This document shows, piece after piece, positions 18,093 to 27,925 of a stretch of DNA of 60,827 nucleotides. The notes under the pieces are model-generated. The model ran no database searches. It saw only the letters and a program-made list of their open reading frames with translations, and was not told the DNA's origin. A program made the position numbers and the translations under genes. Positions within the stretch are counted from its first letter, which is position 1. Each line of letters begins with the position of its first letter. The DNA comes from an uncultured Bacteriovorax sp. (GTDB lineage Bacteria; Bdellovibrionota; UBA2428), in NCBI GenBank assembly GCA_964640545.1, contig CAZXHL010000002.1, forward strand, positions 1 through 60,827, read 5' to 3'.

Positions 18093-18599
18093 ATGAAAGG
18101 CCTACGATTAAAGACTATCACAATCGTGGCTTGGATCGGTGTATTCGCAACTTCGATTGTAGCCTCGGCCGCGGACAACAATTCGGTTCAGGTTTTTAAC
18201 GAAACGACATCATTTGAGACTTATGTGAGATCTCAGCAGGCGCTAAAGCGTAAACCTGCGGGGCTTGATCTGAAGTTCCGAGTGATATCAGTCAAGCGTG
18301 AGCTTGCACTTACAGAGGCCGAAGCGCTTAAGACCCCGCAGGATGTCGTCATCAATGGTGGGGCTGCTGAGGGGCTTGAAAAAGGAATGACCTTAACAGT
18401 CGTCAGAAAAGTTCCCGTAGTAGATCCGTTCTTAGACAACAGGCAGATGGAGCTCGAGATAAAGTTCGCGACGGTAAAAGTGATACATAGTCAGGACAAC
18501 CTTGCCGTGGCTCGGGTGGAGTCAGTGGAGCCTTCTTACAGTGGGGCTGGGGTTGGGGTCCGTGGTGTTCTCATTGGAGATTACCTAACAACGCAGTGA
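18093..18599 (+). CDS. Secreted hypothetical protein
   Basis: Signal peptide ITIVAWIGVFATSIVASAADN. No family recognised. Confidence 0.35.
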   Translation: MKGLRLKTITIVAWIGVFATSIVASAADNNSVQVFNETTSFETYVRSQQALKRKPAGLDLKFRVISVKRELALTEAEALKTPQDVVINGGAAEGLEKGMTLTVVRKVPVVDPFLDNRQMELEIKFATVKVIHSQDNLAVARVESVEPSYSGAGVGVRGVLIGDYLTTQ

Positions 18600-18606
18600 A
18601 GTCAGC

Positions 18607-19101
18607 ATGAACAAAAGGTACTTAATTTACGGTGTTGTAGTCTTGGTTCTTGCTATGGTCCTTGGCGGCGAAGAAACTAGTAACCCATACAAGCTAAAGA
18701 TCTCACTTAAAGATACGGGCTCATTAAAAACGATATGTTTGGAAGAAATTGTGGGCTTTGATTCGGGAACTCTAGGAAAGATCGCCTTCTGTGATTGTGT
18801 TTCGAAAACCTATGCCATTAATGTGAGCTCCGCTGAAAAGTTCAAGGCGAGCTATGAGGAAACGGCTAAGGCTCATTGGCTGGGCTTGAGGGAGACTTAC
18901 ACCAAGGCGCGGAATGTCGCTAATACAGGAAGCGCGCCCGTTGAGTTTGACAGCGGTGATCCGGCGCTCAATGTGCTTCTTGAGAGATTCAAGCTGAGCC
19001 ATCCCATAGAGAAACTAGAAACAAATTGGGAACAGCTCTCAAAGGCCTCTGGAAAATTTTGGAAGAGGTCGATGTATACGTGTTCCCAGCCAAAGCTCTG
19101 A
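18607..19101 (+). CDS. Membrane-anchored hypothetical protein
   Basis: N-terminal TM anchor YLIYGVVVLVLAMVLGG. Confidence 0.3.
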   Translation: MNKRYLIYGVVVLVLAMVLGGEETSNPYKLKISLKDTGSLKTICLEEIVGFDSGTLGKIAFCDCVSKTYAINVSSAEKFKASYEETAKAHWLGLRETYTKARNVANTGSAPVEFDSGDPALNVLLERFKLSHPIEKLETNWEQLSKASGKFWKRSMYTCSQPKL

Positions 19102-19235
19102 AAATAGCCTGAATTCTTGCAGACTGAAGCTTAACCCAAATTTAATAGTCTGAGTTTTCCTTACAATTTCAGTAATTTGTTCTTGCCCTTTTTTTAAGAG
19201 GATCTGCTGAAAAAATTTATGTTATTATTGGCGTA

Positions 19236-19844
19236 ATGATGATCTCAAGAATTTTCACCAGGTCCTTACTGCTTTCTTTTTTTTTCGTAGGAACAGTCTC
19301 AATTGCGCAGCAATCACTTGTTCAAAAAAATCATAGTAGCGGCTCAGGAGAGAGCGAGTTTTTAACTGATTATTACCCCACTCATGACAATGGTGGTGTG
19401 GCGCCCGAGCGGGTTATAGTCGATGTGGTCGGCGGCAGAGGCTTAAGTCTCATGGTTCAGAAAAATAAAGATGGATCAGAAGAGACTTTTTATAAGATGA
19501 ATGAGCTCAGAGGTTTGCTTGCAGATCAGCGGAAGAGATTTTTTTCTGGGCAAGGAGAATGTGCTGATGGTTCAATGCCCATGAGTAGTGAGTTTCTCAA
19601 AAAGAATTCAGTGGAAGTTCAGAAATTCCTCGCTTCGGTAAGCCCTGCACCTAGTGACAATATCCGGAGTAAGTCCGGAAGGACTCTCTCAAACGTGGAG
19701 GCGCTAAAGCATGTTTGCGCTGTTGGGGAAAATCAGCGATCTGTGCAGAAGTATAAGTTTGATGCTGATGGGGCGATTGGCGGAAGTGTTTTGGCCGAAC
19801 TCCCAAGGTGCCAGATTGTTTGTGTTTCGGTCGATGAAAAATAA
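19236..19844 (+). CDS. Secreted hypothetical protein
   Basis: Signal peptide SLLLSFFFVGTVSIAQQ and several Cys residues. Confidence 0.3.
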   Translation: MMISRIFTRSLLLSFFFVGTVSIAQQSLVQKNHSSGSGESEFLTDYYPTHDNGGVAPERVIVDVVGGRGLSLMVQKNKDGSEETFYKMNELRGLLADQRKRFFSGQGECADGSMPMSSEFLKKNSVEVQKFLASVSPAPSDNIRSKSGRTLSNVEALKHVCAVGENQRSVQKYKFDADGAIGGSVLAELPRCQIVCVSVDEK

Positions 19845-19849
19845 TTTTC

Positions 19850-20572
19850 TCAGTTAATGTCTTTGTTGCCTTTTAGGACCGGGACAAAATGTTTTGCTTG
19901 GTCGGATGGCCCTACAAACAGTGGAGGAGTTGCAGCTTTCGCAACTGTTGGGTCAAGTTCTGGAATGTGAGACCTCAACAAAATGGTAATATTTTCGATG
20001 GCCGGAAGAAGAGACTCTAATGGGGCTTTCTTTGTGTAGTTGCTTTCTAGTCTCATGAGAGCTTGAAGAATCTCTTTTTTTGGAAGTTTGTCGTCGATCC
20101 CCGGGCTAGCGAGAAAGACGGCAAGGCGTTCTGTTTCTGAAAGATAAAGCATCGCGACGCTACCATGAATCTGATTGGAGTAGTCTACAAAGTAGGACTG
20201 TGCTTTGGAGTGCACCTTTTTCTCGGCAAGAGTGGAAAAGGTTTTTCTGAGAAACTGCTTTCTGAAAATGTGGAGCAAGCTTCCGGACGTGTATCCCAGT
20301 AAGGGGAAAAATAACGGGTCGGGCCATTCCGCCCCGCCGAAGCTGCGAACGGCAAAACCAAGTGCCGTGCCTATTAACAGTCCCAAAAATGATACGAAAT
20401 ATAAAATCTCAGTGTAAAGGTCGCTCTCGGCGGCGATCACTACGACGAAGTTTAGGCTTAAGGGCGCTTGAGCCGTTTCAAGCGCCTTTGCCAATTCGTC
20501 TTGCCATTCTTTTTTCCAAGTCTTCTTTTGAAGAATGGTGGAGTGGACCCAGCCGAGAATTCTATTGATCAT
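19850..20572 (-). CDS. Hypothetical membrane protein
   Basis: Two central hydrophobic helices (LNFVVVIAA...ILYFVSFLGLLIGTALGFAV). Confidence 0.3.
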   Translation of the reverse strand: MINRILGWVHSTILQKKTWKKEWQDELAKALETAQAPLSLNFVVVIAAESDLYTEILYFVSFLGLLIGTALGFAVRSFGGAEWPDPLFFPLLGYTSGSLLHIFRKQFLRKTFSTLAEKKVHSKAQSYFVDYSNQIHGSVAMLYLSETERLAVFLASPGIDDKLPKKEILQALMRLESNYTKKAPLESLLPAIENITILLRSHIPELDPTVAKAATPPLFVGPSDQAKHFVPVLKGNKDIN

Positions 20573-20581
20573 TCGTTCTTG

Positions 20582-21607
20582 TTACTTAAGAGCTTCACGT
20601 AGGTAAGCTGAAGCGGTATCCATGATCCAAACAACAACTGCGATAACGACGATGATACAACCAACTTCTGGCCAAAGTGCTTGTCCTTGGTATTTGATGA
20701 GCATCGTTCCGATACCGCCACCACCAACAAATCCAATGATAGTCGCCATACGAACGTTGATATCCCAGCGGTAGATCGTAAATGCCACATAAGGCAATAT
20801 CACCTGAGGAACAATTGCGTACCAAATGGTTTGGAGGAAGCTTGCTCCTGTTGAGCGAATTCCTTCTATGGGCCCATCATCAACTGCTTCAGTAATCTCA
20901 GAATACTGTTTGGCGAGAGATGCTACGGAGTGAAGGCAGAGGGCCAACATACCTGCGAATGGACCAATTCCAACCCATACGGAAAAGATGATCGCCCAAA
21001 TAAGAGCCTCTACTGAGCGAGTCACGTTGAGAATCGTTCTAAGCGTGGCGTAAACAGCAAAGCCTATTGGCGAGGTCATGATGTTCTTTGCGCAGAAGAA
21101 GCTGATCACGAAAGCAACAGGAACAGCTAAAATCGTGGCCATGAATGCGATGAAGATCGTTTCAATGACTTTCAAGATTGCGCGAGGGAGAATGTCGTAG
21201 TTCGGGTTGGCGAGACCTTTGAATAGTCTAACGGCTCCATTAAAGCCTGCTTCATCAGTTAACTCATAAATAGATACCTTCGTTTGAATCGCTCCGACGA
21301 CGAAAGTTACAATGAGGGTCACCCACAATTGCCAAGTCCATAATTGTTTAAGCGAGGATTTGCATTTCTCAGGATCTTTTTTGTGAGATGGTGCGAAGAT
21401 CAGCTGTCCAAGAGTCATGGTTCCAGATTTGTTGATGAGTGTTGAGACGAAAGCCCCGAGGACTCCGAAAACAGCAACTAGGGCAAAGTTCGGCCCCATG
21501 TTTAGCATCTGTTCCTCAGACGGGGAATAAATCACTACCAAAGCAACGGCGGCCAGGTAGGCAAAGGTAATGGCATCGAAAACGGTTCTTTTGAATTGAA
21601 AATTCAT
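20582..21607 (-). CDS. phnE: Phosphonate ABC transporter permease PhnE
   Basis: Polytopic permease with the EAA-like loop (RSTGASFLQTIWYAIVPQVLP) typical of PhnE. It lies in an operon with phnC and phnD. Confidence 0.7.
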   Translation of the reverse strand: MNFQFKRTVFDAITFAYLAAVALVVIYSPSEEQMLNMGPNFALVAVFGVLGAFVSTLINKSGTMTLGQLIFAPSHKKDPEKCKSSLKQLWTWQLWVTLIVTFVVGAIQTKVSIYELTDEAGFNGAVRLFKGLANPNYDILPRAILKVIETIFIAFMATILAVPVAFVISFFCAKNIMTSPIGFAVYATLRTILNVTRSVEALIWAIIFSVWVGIGPFAGMLALCLHSVASLAKQYSEITEAVDDGPIEGIRSTGASFLQTIWYAIVPQVILPYVAFTIYRWDINVRMATIIGFVGGGGIGTMLIKYQGQALWPEVGCIIVVIAVVVWIMDTASAYLREALK

Positions 21608-21619
21608 GATCGCAAACTC

Positions 21620-22393
21620 CTAGTTGATGTGAACTTCTTTGGCGCCTTCGCCGTAAATTTTCTCGAACCATGCTTCGTCAATATCTTTTGGAGAGCCTTG
21701 GTAAACAAGCTCTCCGCCTTTGAGGGCGATGACTCGGGTGGCATACTGTCTGACGAGGCTGAGGAAATGGAGGTTACAGATAATTGTAATGCCTAGTTCT
21801 TCGTTTACTTTTTTGAGGTAATCCATGACGGTGTGGCAGGTAGCTGGGTCGAGGCTGGCGACAGGTTCATCGGCCAGCAATACTTTAGGGTTCTGCGTAA
21901 GAGCCCTAGCGATTGCGACACGTTGTTGCTGCCCGCCTGAAAGTTGATCAGCACGAATGTGCGCTTTGTCTCCAATGCCTACGAGGTCTAGATATTTTAG
22001 TGCTTGGTCTTTGTCCTCTTTTGAGAACTTCCCAGCAATGCTGCTCATGGTTCCCGTGTAGCCTAGACGTCCCATCAAAACATTGGAAAGGACGGAGTGA
22101 CGAGGGATGAGGTTGAAGTGTTGGAAGATCATGGCGACATCGCGACGTAAGACTTTGATGTCGTGGCCCGTGACTTTGGCAATGTCTTTGCCGTTGAACA
22201 TTACTTCTCCGCCTGTGGGATCGTGAAGTCTGTTGAGGCAGCGGAGCATGGTTGATTTGCCTGAGCCAGAGAGACCAATGATGACGAGAAATTCACCTTT
22301 TTCAACTTCAAGGTTGATGCCTTTAAGTGCCTGTACACCGTTGGGGTAGGTTTTTTCTAGGTTTTTGATTTTGAGTAAAATGTCGCTGCCCAT
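21620..22393 (-). CDS. phnC: Phosphonate ABC transporter ATP-binding protein PhnC
   Basis: Walker A GLSGSGKST, signature LSGGQQQR, Walker B LLADEP, and the PhnC-type N-terminus LKIKNLEKTYPNG. I prefer ATG 22393 with RBS AGGAAG over the TTG at 22420. Confidence 0.85.
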   Translation of the reverse strand: MGSDILLKIKNLEKTYPNGVQALKGINLEVEKGEFLVIIGLSGSGKSTMLRCLNRLHDPTGGEVMFNGKDIAKVTGHDIKVLRRDVAMIFQHFNLIPRHSVLSNVLMGRLGYTGTMSSIAGKFSKEDKDQALKYLDLVGIGDKAHIRADQLSGGQQQRVAIARALTQNPKVLLADEPVASLDPATCHTVMDYLKKVNEELGITIICNLHFLSLVRQYATRVIALKGGELVYQGSPKDIDEAWFEKIYGEGAKEVHIN

Positions 22394-22438
22394 GAATGTC
22401 TTCCTATCGCTTTCTTTCAATTCTACTTATTGCTCTGC

Positions 22439-23374
22439 CTATTTTTCTGCGGCCAATTCTTCAGCGCTTTTTCCGGCAGCTTGAAGCATGGCTCTCACGC
22501 CGTCGTAGTCAGAGTCTTTAGCTTTCTGGAAGTCAGTGACACCATAAAGCTTGTAGAAGGCATCTTTGCCTTCGGGAGTTTTGACGAAGTTCATGAAAGC
22601 GTTGGTTACTGCCGTTTTGATTTCTTCCGGAACACCTTTGCGGAAGACGATCGGATCGTTCGGAATGGAGTCAGTAAGCTCAATGATTTTCACTTTGTCT
22701 TCGACGTCAGGGTATTGAGTCTTAACAAGTCGTCTGGCGTCTTGGATCTTGCCTTCTGCTTCAGGGGAATAAAAAGTTGCTCCCGCATCAACCTGTCCTT
22801 GGTAAACCATGGAGACTACGCTGTCGTGTCTCATGGCGAAGACGGTTTCTGCTGGCTTCACGTCTTTGTCCTTGAGAACTTTTAGAGGAAGTAGGTAGCC
22901 AGAGGTAGAGGCTGGATCTACAAACGCGACCTTCTTTCCAGTAAGTCCGTTGATGTCAGTGATGCCGCTAGCAACAGATGCAATGAATTGCGCTTTGTAA
23001 GTAGGGAGCCCATAACGGATGACGGTGAGACGGGCTTCTGCGCCGTATCGCTCGTTGGCCATGATGTAGCCGAAAGTATTTACGGCGGCGACGTCAGCTC
23101 GGTTGGTTCCGATTGCTTCAACAACGGCAACAAAGCTGGCTGGAATCGCCACTTCATATTTATAAGGAGTGTTAGCTTCAAGATATGTTTGAATCGTTTT
23201 TGTGTTGTCTTCGATAACTTTGACGTCAACGGAGGGGACGAAATACATCTTGATAGGGTTGTCTACGGTGCCTAGTGGAGCCTTTTCTCTGGTACAGGCT
23301 ACGAGACTAAAGAGAACAATAAATAGAGGGGCGGTGGTGGTGAAAAAACGGTGGAATTTTTTGGTATTTAACAT
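22439..23374 (-). CDS. phnD: Phosphate/phosphite/phosphonate ABC substrate-binding protein PhnD
   Basis: Lipobox-like LVAC, with IKMYFVPS...FVDPASTSGYLLP...GQVDAGA typical of the PhnD family. Confidence 0.8.
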   Translation of the reverse strand: MLNTKKFHRFFTTTAPLFIVLFSLVACTREKAPLGTVDNPIKMYFVPSVDVKVIEDNTKTIQTYLEANTPYKYEVAIPASFVAVVEAIGTNRADVAAVNTFGYIMANERYGAEARLTVIRYGLPTYKAQFIASVASGITDINGLTGKKVAFVDPASTSGYLLPLKVLKDKDVKPAETVFAMRHDSVVSMVYQGQVDAGATFYSPEAEGKIQDARRLVKTQYPDVEDKVKIIELTDSIPNDPIVFRKGVPEEIKTAVTNAFMNFVKTPEGKDAFYKLYGVTDFQKAKDSDYDGVRAMLQAAGKSAEELAAEK

Positions 23375-23578
23375 ATGGTGATATTCTCCTTGGGGTGCCT
23401 GCAGGACGATCTAGTTTTTCGAGCGTTGGTCTAACAAAAAAGCCCCAAAGGGCCAAGGAAAACTCAGTAAGCAAATTTTTGGTGCAAGTGCGTCAAAGTG
23501 TGAGGCGGATCTCAAACACAAGTGTTTGACTTTATAAGGAAATGTTTCGATGTCTTGAAACATGTGGAAGGTGAAAAC

Positions 23579-24406
23579 ATGAGCTACTACCGCGAGCTAT
23601 CGAATCCCTGGGTGAAAGCCCAAAAATTTCAGGACGTAAAAGTCAGTGATCTTCTCAAAAGAGCAAAAAAAAGGCTCGAGAAGCGCTCTGAGCCTCAGAA
23701 AAATCCGGCTTGGGTTTTTGATTTGGACTCGACTCTTTTTTGTACTGGGCCAAGAAATCAAAAAGTTTTTTGGAAGTTTTTACAGAAACAAGAAGAGTTT
23801 CCCAAGCATTGGGGTTTGTTGTGGCAGCAAATGGGGCCGGCTGTTCAGCAGTATAGCATTCCCCGGACATTTTATTCCGTACTACGAAGTTTCGGTTGGT
23901 CTCCTGATGAGGCTCGCGCTGAAGCCAAAGCAATTTGGGATGCCTATCAAGGACATTGGATGGAAGAGTTTTTTAAGAGTCAAAACATCGCTCATGATCC
24001 TGCCTATCCAGGAGCCGTTGAGTTTGTTCGTGCCATTTTGGAGATGGAGAACGAGGTCATCTATCTAACTGGGAGAGATTCTCCTCGAGCGATGGAAGGG
24101 ACTCTGCACGCCTTGAAAATGGCTGGATTCCCTCTTGGAAATGGGACTCATTTGAGATTGAAGCCAGTTCAGGAAATGGGTGATCTAGACTTTAAATTGA
24201 AAGCTTCCAGCCGAATGAAGTCTGAATTCGAGGTTATAGGACTATTGGAAAATGAGCCTGAAAACTTGGTGATGTTCGCCAAACTTTTTCCTGATGCTGA
24301 AATCGTTTTTTATCATTCCATTATGAGTGCGAGACATCCTGAGAAGGACATCCGAGACTACATGAATGGTCGTCCACTTTGGAAATTAGATAATTTTTCA
24401 AGCTAA
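23579..24406 (+). CDS. HAD-like hydrolase
   Basis: DxDxT motif WVFDLDSTLF and YLTGRDS (motif II-like). ATG 23579 is preceded by GGAAGGTG. Confidence 0.45.
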   Translation: MSYYRELSNPWVKAQKFQDVKVSDLLKRAKKRLEKRSEPQKNPAWVFDLDSTLFCTGPRNQKVFWKFLQKQEEFPKHWGLLWQQMGPAVQQYSIPRTFYSVLRSFGWSPDEARAEAKAIWDAYQGHWMEEFFKSQNIAHDPAYPGAVEFVRAILEMENEVIYLTGRDSPRAMEGTLHALKMAGFPLGNGTHLRLKPVQEMGDLDFKLKASSRMKSEFEVIGLLENEPENLVMFAKLFPDAEIVFYHSIMSARHPEKDIRDYMNGRPLWKLDNFSS

Positions 24407-24415
24407 AGAGAATTT

Positions 24416-24733
24416 TTACTCTCGTTCACAGCAAAACTTGTTTTCGCCGTATCCTGCACGGGGATCGAGGGCCTTGCAGCCAAGCACGCCAGAGTTTTTC
24501 ATCTGAGTCGCGCTCAGTATCATACAATCCATAGTCTCATCATCTTCCTGCTGAGGGGGAAGGCTAGCCTCTTCTGATTCTTGAATCGCGCGAGCTTTGA
24601 GAATGGCATCATAATTCCATTCTGACGGTGCTTTTGCGTTCTTTGCGGGGGCCTTTTGTTCGGTGCCGCTGGAACAAGAAAACAGGAGTGTGAGTAAGCA
24701 GCAGGGAGTCAAAAAATTTCTAAGGATTCTCAT
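24416..24733 (-). CDS. Small lipoprotein
   Basis: Lipobox LLFSCSS, an acidic middle region and a Cys-rich C-terminus. Confidence 0.4.
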   Translation of the reverse strand: MRILRNFLTPCCLLTLLFSCSSGTEQKAPAKNAKAPSEWNYDAILKARAIQESEEASLPPQQEDDETMDCMILSATQMKNSGVLGCKALDPRAGYGENKFCCERE

Positions 24734-24794
24734 CTCTTAACCCATTTTGCCCCTAGGTTTTTCGCTTGCCAATGATAAAGTAAAAAAAACACAC

Positions 24795-27251
24795 ATGATT
24801 CAATATTTACGCTTTTTAAACCTAGATGACATGAGCTCAGAGCGCATGCCTGGGGATTTACGATTCTGGAGAGTTTTGGAAACGGCTTTGCCGGGTATTT
24901 CGTTTTACAATTTCCGAGGTCTTGGCGTGGAATGGGACGATTCGGTGGATTCGAATCAGATTCCGACACTTGAAACCTGGGGTGAATGGCTGTGTCCACC
25001 GGGGACCAGCAGCCTTGGTCTTTCTGACCGCTGTGAAGTCCCTTGCGTGCAAAGACGAAAAGTGGGCCGCTATACGACTTGCCTAGAAACGCTCATTTAT
25101 GAAATGTTGGAGCGGCAGGGGTTTCCTAGGCCGAAATCAGTTTGGGAAGCTGCACATTTTGAAACAAAAGGAAGCTTCGAAGAAAGTGAGCTTGAAGATA
25201 ACGTATTAAAGCTTATGGGGCTGGGGTCGAAGACAGGGCTCTTTGATGAAGACTCCGAAGAGCTACGATTTCTCAAGATTGGCGATAGCTGGGAATGGAC
25301 TGAAGACCATGATTTTTATGCTTCACTGGATAAAATAAGTGTTGGCGAGTTGGGAATTAGGTGGAAGAAAATTTCAAGCAGTAAGAATCGCTACGATTCT
25401 TTGAGGCGAAACTATAAAATTCACGAAGTCACACCCGCTAGAGAAAAGTTAAGAAATCGAAAATCTAATCCGCTCTTCGAACGCGTAGATAAAGTGTTGC
25501 TCGACGATGCTTCTCTGATGGCAGAGAGTTTTGATGAAAGTGCTAATATTGGAATTTTTCGGTTAGCGTATTCGAAACATTCTGAAGAGCGTGCTCAAAA
25601 GGAAGAGATTAGCGATGCTTTGCGGATTGGCGGAAGCTTCATGGATCAGCCCATTGCGCTAACTTGCTGGGATGATCGTATCTCTCATCGAGCAAAGATT
25701 AGTAGAGTCAGTTTTAGACAATATATTAATGGTCTGGGGCCAGTAAAAGACGTTCGAAAATTGTATTCCCTCAGGCCCATTAGTCGCAGCGATTTCCTTA
25801 GTAGTCGGCGACAGGAGAGCGTCTTTTATGGGAATGCTGGATTGTTTAGCTATCGGCCTTGGAGGCTAAGTGGCGGTAGCTCTTGGTTGGGTGTGCTGCG
25901 TGGTATGCTCGCTAGCCATGCAGGATGGCAAATTAGTGAGCAAAATCTTAGGAGACTTTTCCAGTGGGAGCTTGGCCGTTCTGCTGAATTTGATCTCCAT
26001 GTTTTTGCTTCTGACTGGAGTCTTGAGTCTGTGCAAGAACTCGTCCAAGACTACGGATTAGAAGTTTGCGCATTAGGCGAAAAAATTGATTCAGGCTTGG
26101 ATGGATTGCGTGTCGTCATGAAAAATGGCACCGTAGAAAATCTTCCATGGAATGAAATCATTCCCGACGATGAACTCGATGCTTCTTCTGCTGATACAGC
26201 GGATCTCGCGTGGCAAGTCCCAGACAAAAAAACTCCAACTTTTGGATTTGAAAAAGTTTCAGTTTTTCCGGACCAGTATCTTCTTCGAATTTTAAAGTCG
26301 AGAAGACGCTCAAAGGTTCAGGGGGAAATTGATTGGGAGCTGCGTTCTCACTCCAAGGCAAGAGAAGTCCGAATGAGACACACGTATGATACTCCTTCTT
26401 TAGCTCAAAAGAGAAGTGCGGGAGACTCTCGATTCTTTGTGGAAGCTTTCAAGTCTGGGCAGAACATATCTGCCGTCGACCCAAAAGCTGCCTCAGTGTG
26501 GGCCATTGAGCATTGCTACCGGGAATTGGTTGCGCGAGGTGTGAATCCTGACTCTCCGGTCCATTTGGCATTTTCTGTGAATCGGCCACAAGAAGTTCAA
26601 GCCTCAGAGAAAAATATTAAAAACCATGCCGCATTTACATTGGCCGTCGAAGGAATGCTAGAGGCCGTTTCTCACACGGGAATGAGGCTAGTGTCTTGCA
26701 ACCTAGAACAGTCATCAAATCCGATTCGTGATTACGAATGTGAGCCCTTGATACATCTGAGGTCTGAGATTGAATCTATAGACAGTCCAATTATGCCGGG
26801 ATTCAGAATGGGGGGAGAAATTCTGTATGCCCTGGGGCCAAGACCCGTATTTATGGATGCCGGAAGTCGGGTTCTACCATTCGTTCGGGTTGCCTCTAAC
26901 CATGTTTCCAAAATATTATGGGATCAACAGCTAGACCTTTATCGAATGCTTTATAAGGCCTTGGAAAATGGCATGGTCGTAGATGTAAGGCCGATTGGGC
27001 ATGGTGGCGTGGCTGAAACTTTGCTTGATATGGCCCTTTGGAGCGGTATCGGAATTCAGCTGAAACCAGGTCTTTCTACTATGGAGTTATTTAGTGGTGC
27101 TCCAGGGCGGTTTCTTGTAGGTGTGTTGCCGCAGGAAGAAAAGAATTTTGAAGCTCTCGTGAAAAATGAATGGTTGATTCCTGTTGGCAAAACTGCTGGC
27201 GAAAAGCTTTTCGGTTTGAACCTAGAAGATTACCGGGAGGCGAAGAAATGA
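24795..27251 (+). CDS. PurL-like (FGAM synthase II-derived) protein with unrecognisable N-terminal half
   Basis: From about nt 26478 the blocks DPKAASVWAIEHCYRELVARGVNP..HLAFSVNRP, DVRPIGHGGVAETLLDMA and ELFSGAPGRFLVGV align by eye with the second PurM-like half of PurL. The start is uncertain (TTG 24747 or ATG 24795). Confidence 0.5.
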   Translation: MIQYLRFLNLDDMSSERMPGDLRFWRVLETALPGISFYNFRGLGVEWDDSVDSNQIPTLETWGEWLCPPGTSSLGLSDRCEVPCVQRRKVGRYTTCLETLIYEMLERQGFPRPKSVWEAAHFETKGSFEESELEDNVLKLMGLGSKTGLFDEDSEELRFLKIGDSWEWTEDHDFYASLDKISVGELGIRWKKISSSKNRYDSLRRNYKIHEVTPAREKLRNRKSNPLFERVDKVLLDDASLMAESFDESANIGIFRLAYSKHSEERAQKEEISDALRIGGSFMDQPIALTCWDDRISHRAKISRVSFRQYINGLGPVKDVRKLYSLRPISRSDFLSSRRQESVFYGNAGLFSYRPWRLSGGSSWLGVLRGMLASHAGWQISEQNLRRLFQWELGRSAEFDLHVFASDWSLESVQELVQDYGLEVCALGEKIDSGLDGLRVVMKNGTVENLPWNEIIPDDELDASSADTADLAWQVPDKKTPTFGFEKVSVFPDQYLLRILKSRRRSKVQGEIDWELRSHSKAREVRMRHTYDTPSLAQKRSAGDSRFFVEAFKSGQNISAVDPKAASVWAIEHCYRELVARGVNPDSPVHLAFSVNRPQEVQASEKNIKNHAAFTLAVEGMLEAVSHTGMRLVSCNLEQSSNPIRDYECEPLIHLRSEIESIDSPIMPGFRMGGEILYALGPRPVFMDAGSRVLPFVRVASNHVSKILWDQQLDLYRMLYKALENGMVVDVRPIGHGGVAETLLDMALWSGIGIQLKPGLSTMELFSGAPGRFLVGVLPQEEKNFEALVKNEWLIPVGKTAGEKLFGLNLEDYREAKK

Positions 27252-27925
27252 AAAGAACGGCGCACATTGTGACGGGTCCAGGCTTCATCGATGATTCTGC
27301 CTTGAATGCAAGGATACGCGGATTAGGTTTTGAGCTTGTTAAGTCAGAATATGTTCCGAGAAAATTGTTTGAGTTTAAAGCTCCTCTAGGCGCAGAGGAT
27401 GTAATTTTTGCAAGAGGGCCATGGAGTGTGGATCCTGAGAATTTTTTGTACGCGAGAATCATTGCCTCTAGCCTGAGAGGGGTGAAAACGAAGGTTGCAT
27501 CTGTTTCAGGGGGGGAGGAAAAAGCTCCTAAGTTGATTGCTACAGGGCGTGCAGCATTGGCTGCCCTGTTGGCGGGATGGGCTCACGAAAATGTTATCGC
27601 GACTTTGGCTCATGGTTGGCAGAGATTTGCGAATGATCCGAGGGGGCCTTGGCAAAAGTTCTCTTCAGAGGTTGATCCTTCTAAGAAATTTTATTCACTG
27701 ATTGAGGCCCAGAGTTGCCCAGACTTGAGTGGCACCGGCGCAAGCAGTTTTCTTCGTTTTCATGATTCTCAGACTTGGGCGTGGAAATATCCCAATCAAA
27801 TTTATAGTTTTGTAGATCCCTTGGCCTTTTTTGATGGAAGTCAGTTGGATAACTTTGGATATGGAAGTCTCGAGGGATTGTTGTTCAATACGGATTTCAT
27901 CGAACATGCGTTGGAGACTCTTTAA
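27248..27925 (+). CDS. PurQ-like glutamine amidotransferase-fold protein, apparently lacking the catalytic Cys
   Basis: ATGA overlap with the upstream stop (27248-27251). The N-terminus MKRTAHIVTGPGFIDD resembles the PurQ beta1-loop. I could not find a GxCxG nucleophile motif or an HPE motif. Confidence 0.35.
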   Translation: MKRTAHIVTGPGFIDDSALNARIRGLGFELVKSEYVPRKLFEFKAPLGAEDVIFARGPWSVDPENFLYARIIASSLRGVKTKVASVSGGEEKAPKLIATGRAALAALLAGWAHENVIATLAHGWQRFANDPRGPWQKFSSEVDPSKKFYSLIEAQSCPDLSGTGASSFLRFHDSQTWAWKYPNQIYSFVDPLAFFDGSQLDNFGYGSLEGLLFNTDFIEHALETL

